64,000 nucleotides of DNA from Alphaproteobacteria bacterium (lineage in GTDB: Bacteria > Pseudomonadota > Alphaproteobacteria > MPNO01). A program made the position numbers and the translations under genes. Location of the stretch: assembly GCA_965248835.1 (NCBI GenBank), contig CBDFLJ010000001.1, positions 800,001-864,000 of the forward strand, in the 5' to 3' direction. The notes beneath the pieces were generated by a model. The model did not search any database. It saw nothing but the letters and a program-made list of their open reading frames with translations, and was not told the origin of the DNA. Positions 9,862 through 19,029 of this stretch are shown here, piece after piece. Numbering within the stretch: position 1 is the stretch's first letter; each line of letters starts with the position of its first letter.

Positions 9862-10695
9862 TCACCCAGCGACGGGCGGCGCGTTGCCCTGGATCTGGAT
9901 GCGGTAGCCCGAGCGCACATCGGGCAGATAGTCCGCGATCGCCCTGTGCTGCGCACAACGGTTGTCCCAGAAGGCAATCGAATGCGGCCTCCACCGAAAG
10001 CGGAACGTCCATTCTGGGCGGACGCAATGCTCGGTCAGGAAATTCACGATCGCCTCGCCCTCGGCCTTCGGCACGCCGTTGATCCGCATGGTGAAGCCGA
10101 GATTGACGTAGATCAGCTTGCGCCCGCTCTCGGGGTGGCGGACGATCACCGGATGCTCGGCATGTGGGGTGCCGGGGCCGAACAGCGGCACGCCGTCATG
10201 CAGCGCGGTCATCCCCTCGAGATAGGTCTTCATGCGCTCGGACAGGCCTTCATAGGCCCCGTACATGCTGGCGAACAGCGTATCTCCGCCGCCGTTGGGC
10301 GGAACGGTGTGGAGATAAAGGATGCTGCCGAGCGGCGGAATTTCGGCGCAGGACTGATCGGTGTGCCAGATATTGCCGGAGACCCGCGGCGTGTCCCCGT
10401 CGGCATGGAGCCGCCGGACCCGCAGGTCGCCGGTCAGCACGCTGTTGGTGTTGGCGCCGACATGGGTGTGGATCGGGCCGAAATACTCTGCCAGCCGGGC
10501 GTGGTCGTCGAAGCTGATCTCCTGGTCGCGGAAGAACACCACCAGATGTTCGGTGAACGCACGCCGCAGCTCCGCGATCTCGGGCGCGCTCAACGGGCGC
10601 TTCAGATCGATGTTGCCGATCTCCGCGCCGATATGCGGGCTGCACGGCGTGACCGTGATCGTGCGGTAGCCCCGATCGCTGCCCAACCCGTCCAT
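9862..10695 (-). CDS. TauD/TfdA family Fe(II)/2-oxoglutarate dioxygenase
   Basis: IGAEI.NIDL, WHTDQS (HxD), GGDTLFASM, HPVIVRHPESGRK, FWDNRCAQHRA. Confidence 0.93.
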   Translation of the reverse strand: MDGLGSDRGYRTITVTPCSPHIGAEIGNIDLKRPLSAPEIAELRRAFTEHLVVFFRDQEISFDDHARLAEYFGPIHTHVGANTNSVLTGDLRVRRLHADGDTPRVSGNIWHTDQSCAEIPPLGSILYLHTVPPNGGGDTLFASMYGAYEGLSERMKTYLEGMTALHDGVPLFGPGTPHAEHPVIVRHPESGRKLIYVNLGFTMRINGVPKAEGEAIVNFLTEHCVRPEWTFRFRWRPHSIAFWDNRCAQHRAIADYLPDVRSGYRIQIQGNAPPVAG

Positions 10696-10827
10696 CGCTT
10701 GCTCCAGACCCGGGCTCCCGAAGGTGCCATGCGAGCCTCGTCAGGCTAGCACGACCGGGGTGCATCGGAAAGCGGCCTGGAAGCGCGTCCGCGCGATCCC
10801 CGCTAAGATGGCCCCGACGGGAAAGAC

Positions 10828-11724
10828 ATGACAATGTATGACAAGCGTCTCAGGTTTGGCCTGTTTCTGGTTGCGCTGTCCGCGCTCAGCTACGCGGCGA
10901 ACTCGACCTCCTCGGTGGTGGCCTATGGCGGCGGCGCGAGCCCGCTGTCGCTGGTGACCTTCCGCAACGCGTTCGCGGTGATCGCGCTCTATGCCTATCT
11001 CAGAGCGGTCGGCGTACCGATCACGATGGCTCCGCGCGATCGCACGGTCTCGTTGGCACTCGGGATCCTGCTGGCTGGCTATTCCTATTGCCTGGTCGAA
11101 GCGTTCGATCGCCTGCCGGTCGCACTCGCCGTGATCACCTTCTATCTCTACCCGATCTTCATCGGGGTGACCGCCTACGCCATCGGGCTGGATCGGCTGT
11201 CCTGGGCGCTCGGCAGCGGCCTGGTCGTCGCCTTTATCGGCCTCGCCTTCGCGCTCGGCGTCACCGGCGGCGGGCTGGACCCCGTGGGCATCGTGCTTGC
11301 CGCCACCGCCGCCGCGTCGTTCTCCGCGCTGGCCATCATCGCCGCGCCGATCATCGCCCGCTGCGGCGACCCGCGTCCGCTGGTGCTCTACACCCATGTG
11401 ACCGGCACGGTCATCATGATCGCGGCCACGCTGGTCGTTTGGGAGTATCCGCTGCCGACGACGGCCCGGTCGGTGGTCGCGTTCTTCATCGTCCCGCTGT
11501 TCTACACCGTCGCCTCGGTCGCCTTCTTCGCCGCGATGGCGATCATCGGAACCGTGCGGACCGGCCTGGTGATGAACCTCGAGCCCTTGGCCGCGATCGT
11601 GCTGGGCTTCGCAGTCCTGGACCAGGTGCTGAGCCCGGTCCAACTGTTCGGCGCCGCCCTGGTGATCGTTGCGGTCAGCGCGGTGAAATGGGAAAGCGGA
11701 CGACGCGCGCAAACCGCCGCATGA
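10828..11724 (+). CDS. DMT/EamA family transporter
   Basis: About 10 hydrophobic segments, YLYPIF and MNLEPL..IVLG...L EamA motifs. Confidence 0.88.
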   Translation: MTMYDKRLRFGLFLVALSALSYAANSTSSVVAYGGGASPLSLVTFRNAFAVIALYAYLRAVGVPITMAPRDRTVSLALGILLAGYSYCLVEAFDRLPVALAVITFYLYPIFIGVTAYAIGLDRLSWALGSGLVVAFIGLAFALGVTGGGLDPVGIVLAATAAASFSALAIIAAPIIARCGDPRPLVLYTHVTGTVIMIAATLVVWEYPLPTTARSVVAFFIVPLFYTVASVAFFAAMAIIGTVRTGLVMNLEPLAAIVLGFAVLDQVLSPVQLFGAALVIVAVSAVKWESGRRAQTAA

Positions 11725-11882
11725 GCGGGCCGGCACCCGACCGGCGGTTCGAAGCGCGATCGGCGGTGCCGGGAATTTAGGGACCGGATGACGAAGAGAC
11801 CGAGCTCCGACGCCGTGAACGTTTGCCGGGACGACTGGCGCGCGGCGAGGGACGTTCGACGTGGCGGGCGAGGAGCGGGACG

Positions 11883-11942
11883 GGCAAGTCCTTCGACACC
11901 TTCGCGCCGATCGGTCCGTGTATCGTGACGGCGGACCTTATC
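11883..11942 (+). pseudogene. Fragment of a fumarylacetoacetate hydrolase family gene
   Basis: GKSFDTFAPIGPCIVTADL is the conserved FAH-family motif; flanking coding sequence is absent. Confidence 0.7.
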
Positions 11943-11992
11943 GACGGGACCGTCCGGGTCCGGATAGGATGCCGGGCAGGTGGAGGCAGGCG

Positions 11993-12226
11993 ATGGCAGG
12001 CAAACAAGCGATTCACCTTGTAGGGAGCATGCCGCTCGATAGTGCGGAGGATGTCTTCCGCACGGTCTGCGGCGCGACCGGCGGCAATGTGCGGCGGGTT
12101 CCCGACGGCGAGACGGGAATGCGCATCAACTGGATCCGGTGCATTCAGGACATGTTGACGGCGCATCCGGATTTCGAGGTCGACCCCGAGACCCCGCCCC
12201 TGCAGTGGCGGCAATGGGACGGTACC
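11993..12226 (+). pseudogene. N-terminal fragment of a MetE-fold-related hypothetical protein
   Basis: GGAGG RBS then MAGKQAIHLVGSMPLDSAEDVF...RRVPDGETG.R..WI; recognisable similarity ends after about 78 aa and the frame runs into the AT-richer fmdA leader. Confidence 0.6.
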
Positions 12227-12430
12227 GCGATCGCCGTCAAGCGCGGCAGCCATCCGGACGCGGCGCGCGCCGGGGGTTGTGGTCGCTTCGCCGGTGCGCT
12301 ACCGTTCTACTGCTACGAGCCGGTTTCTGATAGGTCGCCGAGCGTTAGCGTTAGTTCTCAAAGTATAGAAAACGGCTTGTGTCAAATAGAAGCCTGCAAA
12401 AATTAAGTAGAGAAGGATTAGGAGGGAAAT

Positions 12431-13669
12431 ATGGCTAAGACTGTATTCCGGGCAGAAATGGACAAATGGCCCGAGGACCAAGCAGTAAAAACTCACAACC
12501 GCTGGCATCCCGATGTTCCCGTAGTTGAGAACTTCAAGCCCGGCGACGAGTTTCGCGTCGAATGCTATGATTGGACCGGAGGACAGATCAAAAACGACGA
12601 GTCCGCCAACGACATCCGGGATGTCGACCTTTCGAAAGTTCATTATCTGAGCGGGCCGTTCAGTGTCGAGGGCGCCGAGCCCGGTGACCTTCTGGTCGTC
12701 GACATCAACGACATCGGCTGGCTCGAAGACTCGCAGTGGGGCTTCACCGGCATCTTCGCGCTGGAGAACGGCGGCGGCTTCCTCGACAAGCACTTCCCCG
12801 AAGCGCGCAAGGCCTGCTGGGACTTTCACGGCATCTACACGAGCTCCCGCCACATTCCAGGTGTACGCTTCCCGGGGCTGATTCATCCCGGGCTGATCGG
12901 CACACTGCCTTCCGCCGATCTGTTGAAGACGTGGAATGATCGGGAATCGGCCCTGTTCAGGACCGATCCGGATCGTGTGCCACCGCTGTGCACCCTGCCG
13001 GACGGCCTTGCCGGCACGACGACGGCGCTGATGGGGCAGATGAAGGGCGGTGCGGCGCACGCCGCGGGTCAGGAGGCTGCGCGGACGGTTCCCGGACGCG
13101 AGCACGGCGGCAACTGCGACATCAAGAACCTGTCGCGCGGTTCGACTTGCTACTTCCCGGTCTATGTGCCGGGCGGCGGGCTCTCGATGGGCGATATCCA
13201 CTGGTCGCAGGGGGACGGTGAGATCACCTTCTGCGGTGCCATCGAGATGGCCGGATGGATCGATATCGGTGTCGATGTCATCAAGGGCGGTATCGAGAAG
13301 TACGGGATCACCAACCCGGTCTTCAAGCCGAGCCCGGTCGAGCCGCATTATTCGGATTATCTGATCTTCGAAGGGGTCTGCGTCGATGAGCATGACGGGT
13401 CCCAGAAGTATCTGGATGCGACGGTGGCGTACCGGCGGGCCTGCCTGAACGCGGTCGCATACCTCAAGAAGTTCGGCTATTCCGGCGAGCAGGCTTACAT
13501 GATACTCGGCACGGCTCCGGTCGAGGGTCGGGTCAGCGGCATCGTCGACATTCCGAATGCATGTTGCACGGTTGCCATTCCGACCGAGATCTTCGATTTC
13601 GATATCCGGCCGAATGCCTCCGGACCGACCATCGAGGTGAGCGGCGCGGACGCGGCATCCTGCAGCTGA
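12431..13669 (+). CDS. fmdA: Formamidase (acetamidase/formamidase family)
   Basis: HNRWHPD, ECYDWTGGQI, HYLSGP, PGREHGGNCDIKNL, GDIHWSQGDGEITFCGAIEM, GIVDIPNAC; strong RBS GGAGG. Confidence 0.95.
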   Translation: MAKTVFRAEMDKWPEDQAVKTHNRWHPDVPVVENFKPGDEFRVECYDWTGGQIKNDESANDIRDVDLSKVHYLSGPFSVEGAEPGDLLVVDINDIGWLEDSQWGFTGIFALENGGGFLDKHFPEARKACWDFHGIYTSSRHIPGVRFPGLIHPGLIGTLPSADLLKTWNDRESALFRTDPDRVPPLCTLPDGLAGTTTALMGQMKGGAAHAAGQEAARTVPGREHGGNCDIKNLSRGSTCYFPVYVPGGGLSMGDIHWSQGDGEITFCGAIEMAGWIDIGVDVIKGGIEKYGITNPVFKPSPVEPHYSDYLIFEGVCVDEHDGSQKYLDATVAYRRACLNAVAYLKKFGYSGEQAYMILGTAPVEGRVSGIVDIPNACCTVAIPTEIFDFDIRPNASGPTIEVSGADAASCS

Positions 13670-13677
13670 TTGGTGCG

Positions 13678-13712
13678 CGGCGGAGACGGGGCGGCATTCG
13701 CCTCGCCTCCGC
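13678..13712 (+). terminator. GC-rich hairpin downstream of fmdA
   Basis: ggcggag...ctccgcc inverted repeat; no U-tract, so may be an mRNA stability element. Confidence 0.35.
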
Positions 13713-13830
13713 CTCTCCATCCCTTCCGCGGATGACGGCCAGCGAGCGTTTGTCCGGTGCATCAACCAGTCGGGCGTTTGTTCCTGAACCGGTCACACCG
13801 CGGACCATTTGACACGCGGAGGTCTTGATC

Positions 13831-14346
13831 ATGCTTTTGGGACTTGCACTGATGTATGTCGGATCCGTTCTGTTCCTGAACGGCATCTGGCTGATGGGCC
13901 GTATCGGTGACCGAGAGATCGCGATCATCAATTTCTTTGTCGGCGGTCTCACGGCGCTCGTGGCGGCGTATTTGGCCTTCGGGCCGGGTGCCGATGCGGG
14001 GTCGATCAAAGCGGCGGCGCTGACGCTCCTGTTCTCCTTCACATACCTGTGGATAGCTTACAACAGGTTCCACGATGTCGATGGCCGCGGTCTCGGCTGG
14101 TACAGCCTTTTCGTTGCCGTCACGGTCGTCCCGGTGGCTTTGCTCACGTTGGTCGAAGCAACGACGCTGTGGGGGTACTGGTTCGGTCTGTGCTGGGCGG
14201 CATGGGCGGTATTGTGGTTCATGTTCTTCCTGCTGCTCGCGATGCAGAAACCGATCGCCAAGGTGACCGGTGCGGTGACCACGATACAGGGCATCCTGAC
14301 AGGCTGGTTGCCGGGTTATCTGTTGCTGGAAGGCGTCCTCGCGTAA
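13831..14346 (+). CDS. AmiS/UreI family amide/urea channel
   Basis: MLLGLALMYVGSVLFLNG, LLFSFTYLW, GRGLGWYSLFVA, WAAWAVLWF motifs. Confidence 0.93.
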   Translation: MLLGLALMYVGSVLFLNGIWLMGRIGDREIAIINFFVGGLTALVAAYLAFGPGADAGSIKAAALTLLFSFTYLWIAYNRFHDVDGRGLGWYSLFVAVTVVPVALLTLVEATTLWGYWFGLCWAAWAVLWFMFFLLLAMQKPIAKVTGAVTTIQGILTGWLPGYLLLEGVLA

Positions 14347-14352
14347 TCGGGC

Positions 14353-14388
14353 GGTGCCGTCCGCCCCTCCGGGGACGGACGGCACCGG
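14353..14388 (+). terminator. Strong intergenic hairpin between amiS and fmdB
   Basis: cggtgccgtccg...cggacggcaccg 12-bp perfect stem. Confidence 0.45.
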
Positions 14389-14424
14389 ACCGCTGCGTGA
14401 GCGGCGGCGAGGAGGGAGAGCACG

Positions 14425-14715
14425 ATGCCGATATATGGATACGACTGCAAAGCGTGCGGCCCGTTTACCGAAATGCAGAGTATGAGCCGTTCATCGGAAC
14501 CGATGCCCTGCCCGGATTGCGGGAAACCGGCCCGACGCAGCATCAGCGCGCCGTTCATCGCCAACATGGACCCGAAAAATCGGATCGCACATCAGCGAAA
14601 CGAGAAGAGTGCGAATGAACCTAAAGTGATGTCCGGAAAACCGCCTGGCCACGACCACAAGCACGGTCGGCATCACGCGCACAAACACGGGCGTCCGTGG
14701 TCGCTCGGGCACTGA
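14425..14715 (+). CDS. fmdB: FmdB-family zinc-ribbon regulatory protein
   Basis: MPIYGYDCKACGPF...CPDCG...RRSISAP, AHQRNEKSA, C-terminal RPW; His-rich tail; linked to fmdA. Confidence 0.9.
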   Translation: MPIYGYDCKACGPFTEMQSMSRSSEPMPCPDCGKPARRSISAPFIANMDPKNRIAHQRNEKSANEPKVMSGKPPGHDHKHGRHHAHKHGRPWSLGH

Positions 14716-14917
14716 CTCTCGATCGAGATCCGGCGCGGCCCGGCTTCTGCCCGACGCGTCGATGACCAATGTGCCCGAGCCAGGTGAGGAATCTCAGTTT
14801 TGAATGGGAATCCCACTGCTTGCTGATACCGTGCCGGACGGCAGGACGTTGATCGGGATCGATGTCCTGCGCCGAGTTCGGCGCCACGGCATCAACAAGT
14901 GCGGAACCGACTAGGAC

Positions 14918-15316
14918 ATGACCTATTTGTGGGTTGCAATCGGCAGCGCGATCGGCGGCGTCGGGCGCTATTGGTGCAACGGACTGGTTTCGGAGCGGTT
15001 TGGCGAGACCTTCCCGTGGGGCACGATCCTGGTCAACGTGGCGGGGTCGTTCATCATCGGCATCGTGGCGGCGCTCGGCGCGTCTTTCGACCGGCCGGGG
15101 TTCCCCGGGCCCGAGGTCCGCGCCTTCCTCATGGTCGGTTTCTGCGGCGGCTACACCACCTTCTCGGCTTTCAGCCTGCAGACCCTCGTCCTGCTGCGCG
15201 AAGGCGCGTGGGCGCACGCGCTCGGCAACATCGTGCTGTCGGTCGCGCTGTGCCTGATCGCCGTCTGGCTCGGCTACCTCGCCGGTGTCGGTCTTAACCA
15301 GGACCACCCTGTTTGA
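14918..15316 (+). CDS. crcB: Fluoride efflux channel Fluc/CrcB
   Basis: GSAIGGVGRY, FPWGTILVNVAGSFIIG, GFCGGYTTFSAF. Confidence 0.95.
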   Translation: MTYLWVAIGSAIGGVGRYWCNGLVSERFGETFPWGTILVNVAGSFIIGIVAALGASFDRPGFPGPEVRAFLMVGFCGGYTTFSAFSLQTLVLLREGAWAHALGNIVLSVALCLIAVWLGYLAGVGLNQDHPV

Positions 15317-15342
15317 GCTTGAGGGTCTCGGTGGCCGTGCGC

Positions 15343-15723
15343 ATGTCCAGCTTCACCCGCCCGCCGATACGATCACGCATCGCGTTCTTTCTCGGCTCGC
15401 TGCTCTGGCTGCCGGTGGGCATCGCAGTCTTGGGCTTGGTCCGGGGCCTGGAACTGCCGGAGAATCCGGGGGATTGGCCGGCGATGGCCCGGTCGCTGAT
15501 CGTGACCGTGCCCTGCGGCCTGCCGCTGGCTTTGGCTTGCCGGCAGCTGTGGCGGCAGGGCTATCGGCGTGCCGCGTGGGCGGCGATGGCAGTGCTGGGA
15601 CCCGTGACGGTCGCGGCGGCCCTGTTCGCCGGGCTGCTCGGGCCGGCGGCGATCGCGCTCTACGCAGTCGCGTTGAGCCTTCCCGCCTGGATCGCGGCCG
15701 GTGTTCTGCGGCGCCGGCGGTGA
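15343..15723 (+). CDS. Hypothetical membrane protein (about 4 TM)
   Basis: Hydrophobic helices with good codon usage, co-oriented after crcB; start uncertain (15313 TTG or 15343 ATG). Confidence 0.6.
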   Translation: MSSFTRPPIRSRIAFFLGSLLWLPVGIAVLGLVRGLELPENPGDWPAMARSLIVTVPCGLPLALACRQLWRQGYRRAAWAAMAVLGPVTVAAALFAGLLGPAAIALYAVALSLPAWIAAGVLRRRR

Positions 15724-15789
15724 TCATCCCCGTGGAGGCCGCACAGGCCCAGATGTCGGTGAGCGCCCGCGTTCCCCGCCGCGCCGGTT

Positions 15790-16488
15790 TCAGCTGTTCT
15801 CGTAGGCCTTCGCTTTCGGCGTGGCTCCGAGCCGCCGTGCCGCGGCCTTCCACAGCGGTCCATGGCCGGCCTCGGGGCCGGCGAGCGCGTGCGCGATCTC
15901 GTGCAGCACCGTGTCGCGGATCTGCGCCGTGCTGCCGTCCAGCGCATGGGCGCGGCTGATCCGGATCACCCGGTCACGGAAACCGCAGTCGCCGAGCCGT
16001 CGGCCGCTCTCGACCAAGGCAAGCGTCCAGTCGGCAAGCCCATGCTCGTCCATCAGCCCCCGGGCCATCGTCACGACGGCGTTCAGCCGCGCCGCGCCGT
16101 TCCTCACGGCCTCCACTTCCTCTGCCCGGAGCAGGGCGTAGGAGACCGTCCAGCAGGCCTCTCCACAGCGCACCCGGGCCGTCTTCGGGTTGAGCTTGAC
16201 GATCTCTCCGCTGATCGTCCCGCCAGGACCAGCGAACCTCACCTTGTCGCCGATACGGTAGGCCGCCCGCGCTTCGTCCTGCGGTGTCACCATCGTGGCG
16301 CGGCGCGGCGCGGCGGTTTCTTGCAACGCCGCCTCGGGGACGTTCCAGACGCGGCCGTCCGCATCGATCACCTTGGCGAAGCGGCGGCGCCCCTGGCGTC
16401 GAAGCAGATGCCCTTCGATCGCCGCGCCCCGGTAGGGGAACCGGACGGCGGTGCCGATGGACAAAGGTCCGCCGCGTTGCTCCGGCAT
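15790..16488 (-). CDS. SprT-like zinc metalloprotease with two tandem SH3/KOW-like N-terminal domains
   Basis: RRLGDC...I.ISR...DTVLHEIAHALAG..AGHGPLWK...RLGA SprT signature; ATG at 16488 preceded by GGAGAAT. Confidence 0.82.
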   Translation of the reverse strand: MPEQRGGPLSIGTAVRFPYRGAAIEGHLLRRQGRRRFAKVIDADGRVWNVPEAALQETAAPRRATMVTPQDEARAAYRIGDKVRFAGPGGTISGEIVKLNPKTARVRCGEACWTVSYALLRAEEVEAVRNGAARLNAVVTMARGLMDEHGLADWTLALVESGRRLGDCGFRDRVIRISRAHALDGSTAQIRDTVLHEIAHALAGPEAGHGPLWKAAARRLGATPKAKAYENS

Positions 16489-16648
16489 CCGATATTCTCC
16501 TCGGCGCCACCCTACACCGCAGGCGCGCCGACCGGCCGCCGCAGCCAACATAGCGGCAACGGCCGGAGCCCTGAAGCTTTCGGAACAGGCTTGCCCTGCC
16601 GGGCGGTACGGGCATTCTTGTCAGGCAATCGGGGCGAAGGGACGCCAA

Positions 16649-19014
16649 ATGCAGACGCGCTTCCTCGGCAAGCCCGTCAAACGAAACGAGGACGGCCGGC
16701 TCCTGCGGGGCCGGGCGCTGTTCGTCGATGACGTGGCGCTTCCCGGGATGGCACACGCGGCGTTCGTGCGCAGCCCGTACGCCCATGCGCGCATCCGGGC
16801 GATCGACAGCGCGGCCGCACGCAACATTGAAGGCGTGATCGCGGTCCATATCGCCGAGGATATGGGGGAGACCTGGCGGCCGGGGCCGCTGCTCGTCCCG
16901 GCGCCGCCGATCGAGGGCCTGATCTTCAACCAATGCACCCAGGTCCCGCTCGCCAAGGACAAGGTGCGCCATGCCGGCGAGCCGGTCGCCGTGGTGATCG
17001 CCGAGAGCCGCTATATCGCCGAGGATGGGGCCAGAGAAGTCGCCGTCGACTACGAAAAGCTGCCGGCGGTCGTCGATCTCGAGCAGGCGCTGGAGGACGG
17101 CGCCCCGCTGATCCACGAGCAGATCGCGACCAACCTCGCCGCGCATGCGCGCCAGGGAAAGGGCGATTACGCCGCGGCGGCGCGCGACGCCGCCCATGTC
17201 ATCGGCCGCCGGTTCCGGTATGACCACGGGGTGTCCTCACCTATCGAGACCCGCGGGATCGTCGCCCATTGGGACGCCAAGGCCGACCGGATGACCGTCT
17301 GGGATTCGACCCAGGCGCCGGTCTTCCTGCGCAACGGGCTCGCTGCCCTGTTCGGCCTGAACGAAAGGCAGGTTCGGGTGATCGCGCCGTTCGTCGGCGG
17401 CGGGTTCGGGCCGAAGATCATGCTGTTCTACCCCGAGGAAGTGGTCCTGCCCTGGGCATCGATGCGGCTCGGCAGGCCGGTCAAGTGGATCGAGGACCGC
17501 ACCGAGCATTTCTTCGCCACCACCCAGGAGCGGGTCCAGATCCACGATGCCGAGATCGCGCTCGACGCCGAGGGAAGATCCTCGGCGTCAAGGACGCGTT
17601 CCTGCACGACACCGGCGCCTACGACCCTTACGGGCTGACGGTCCCGATCAACAGCCAATGCACGCTGCTCGGCCCCTATGTGATCCCCAACTACGAGTCG
17701 CGCTTCAGCGCAGCGTTCACCACCACGCCGATCGTCACGCCTTATCGCGGCGCCGGGCGCCAGCACGGCGTTTTCGTCATCGAGCGCCTGCTCGATATCG
17801 CGGCTTGGGAGCTCGGCCTGGACCGGGCGGAGATCCGGCGGCGGAACTTCATCCCGGCCGATGCGTTCCCCTATGACAACGCGCTGATCTACCAGGACTT
17901 CCAACCGCTGATCTATGACAGCGGCGACTACGAGGCCGTCCTCGACAAGGCGCTGGCGGCGATCGACTATGCGCGCTTCATCGCCGAGGATCAGCCAAGG
18001 CTGCGCGCCGAGGGGCGCAGCGTCGGGATCGGCATCGCGTGCTATGTCGAGGGTACCGGCATCGGGCCCTATGAAGGCGCCAAGGTCCAGATCCAGCAAA
18101 GCGGCAAGGTGAGCCTGGTGACCGGCATCGGCACGCAGGGCCAGGGCCACTACACGAGCCTTGCCCAGCTCGTCGCCGATCAGCTCGGCGTCGCGGTGGC
18201 CGATGTCGACGTGGTGACCGGCGATACCGACCAGTTCTATTGGGGGGCCGGCACGTTCGCCAGCCGCGGCGCCGTGGTTGCCGGCAACGCGGCGAACCAG
18301 GCGGCGCTGGCGGTACGTGAGAAAACCCTCAAGACGGCAGCGGATCACTTCGAATGCGCCGAGGAGGATCTCGTGATCGCCGATGGCGCGGTCGGGCTCG
18401 CCGGCGTGCCGGGCAGGACGATCTCGCTGGGAGAGCTCGCCGGTCTGGCCAACCCGCTGCGCGGTGCGGTTCCCCCCGGGACCGAGCCCGGGCTCGAAGC
18501 CACCCGGTATTTCGGACCCGAGCGCGGCGCGACGGCGTTCGGGGCGCACGCGATGATCGTCGAGGTCGACCCCGAAACCATGGCGATCGAGATCCGGAAA
18601 TATGTCGTCGTCCACGATTGCGGCACCATCATCAACCCGATGATCGTCGCGGGCCAGGTTCACGGCGGCGTCGCGCAGGGTATCGGCAATGCGTATTACG
18701 AGGAGCTGCTGTTCGACGACGACGGCCAGATCCAGAACCCGACGCTCGCCGAGTACCTGCTGCCCGGCGCGACCGAAGTCCCGCGCATCGAGATCGAGCA
18801 CACCGAAACACCCTCACCGCTCAATCCGCTCGGGATCAAGGGCGTCGGCGAAGCCGGCGCGATCCCGGTCGGGCCGCTGTTCGCCCAGGCCGTGGAGGAC
18901 GCTCTGGGGCTGCGCGCGCTAGGCGGCGAGGTCCTGGAGATTCCGCTGAACCCGGCGCGCCTGTGGCGGGCCGCTTGCGACCGACGGCAAGCCTCCGGTG
19001 CGGCCGACCCCTGA
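16649..19014 (+). pseudogene. Xanthine dehydrogenase/CoxL-like molybdopterin-binding subunit, split by a frameshift near 17573 (possibly a sequencing error)
   Basis: RNEDGRLLRG, RSPYAHARI, VGGGFGPK in the first frame; PYRGAGR, QGQGHYT, GTFASRG, GQVHGGVAQGIG, KGVGEAG in the second; gag-gga-aga needs one extra G to read EGKILG. Confidence 0.85.
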
Positions 19015-19029
19015 GCCTCGGTCAGCGCG

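Noticed and set aside
14780-14917. Fluoride riboswitch upstream of crcB
   Set aside because: Only partial resemblance (gaatggga...gctgat); I could not build the pseudoknot pairing on either strand. A cmsearch with RF01734 would decide
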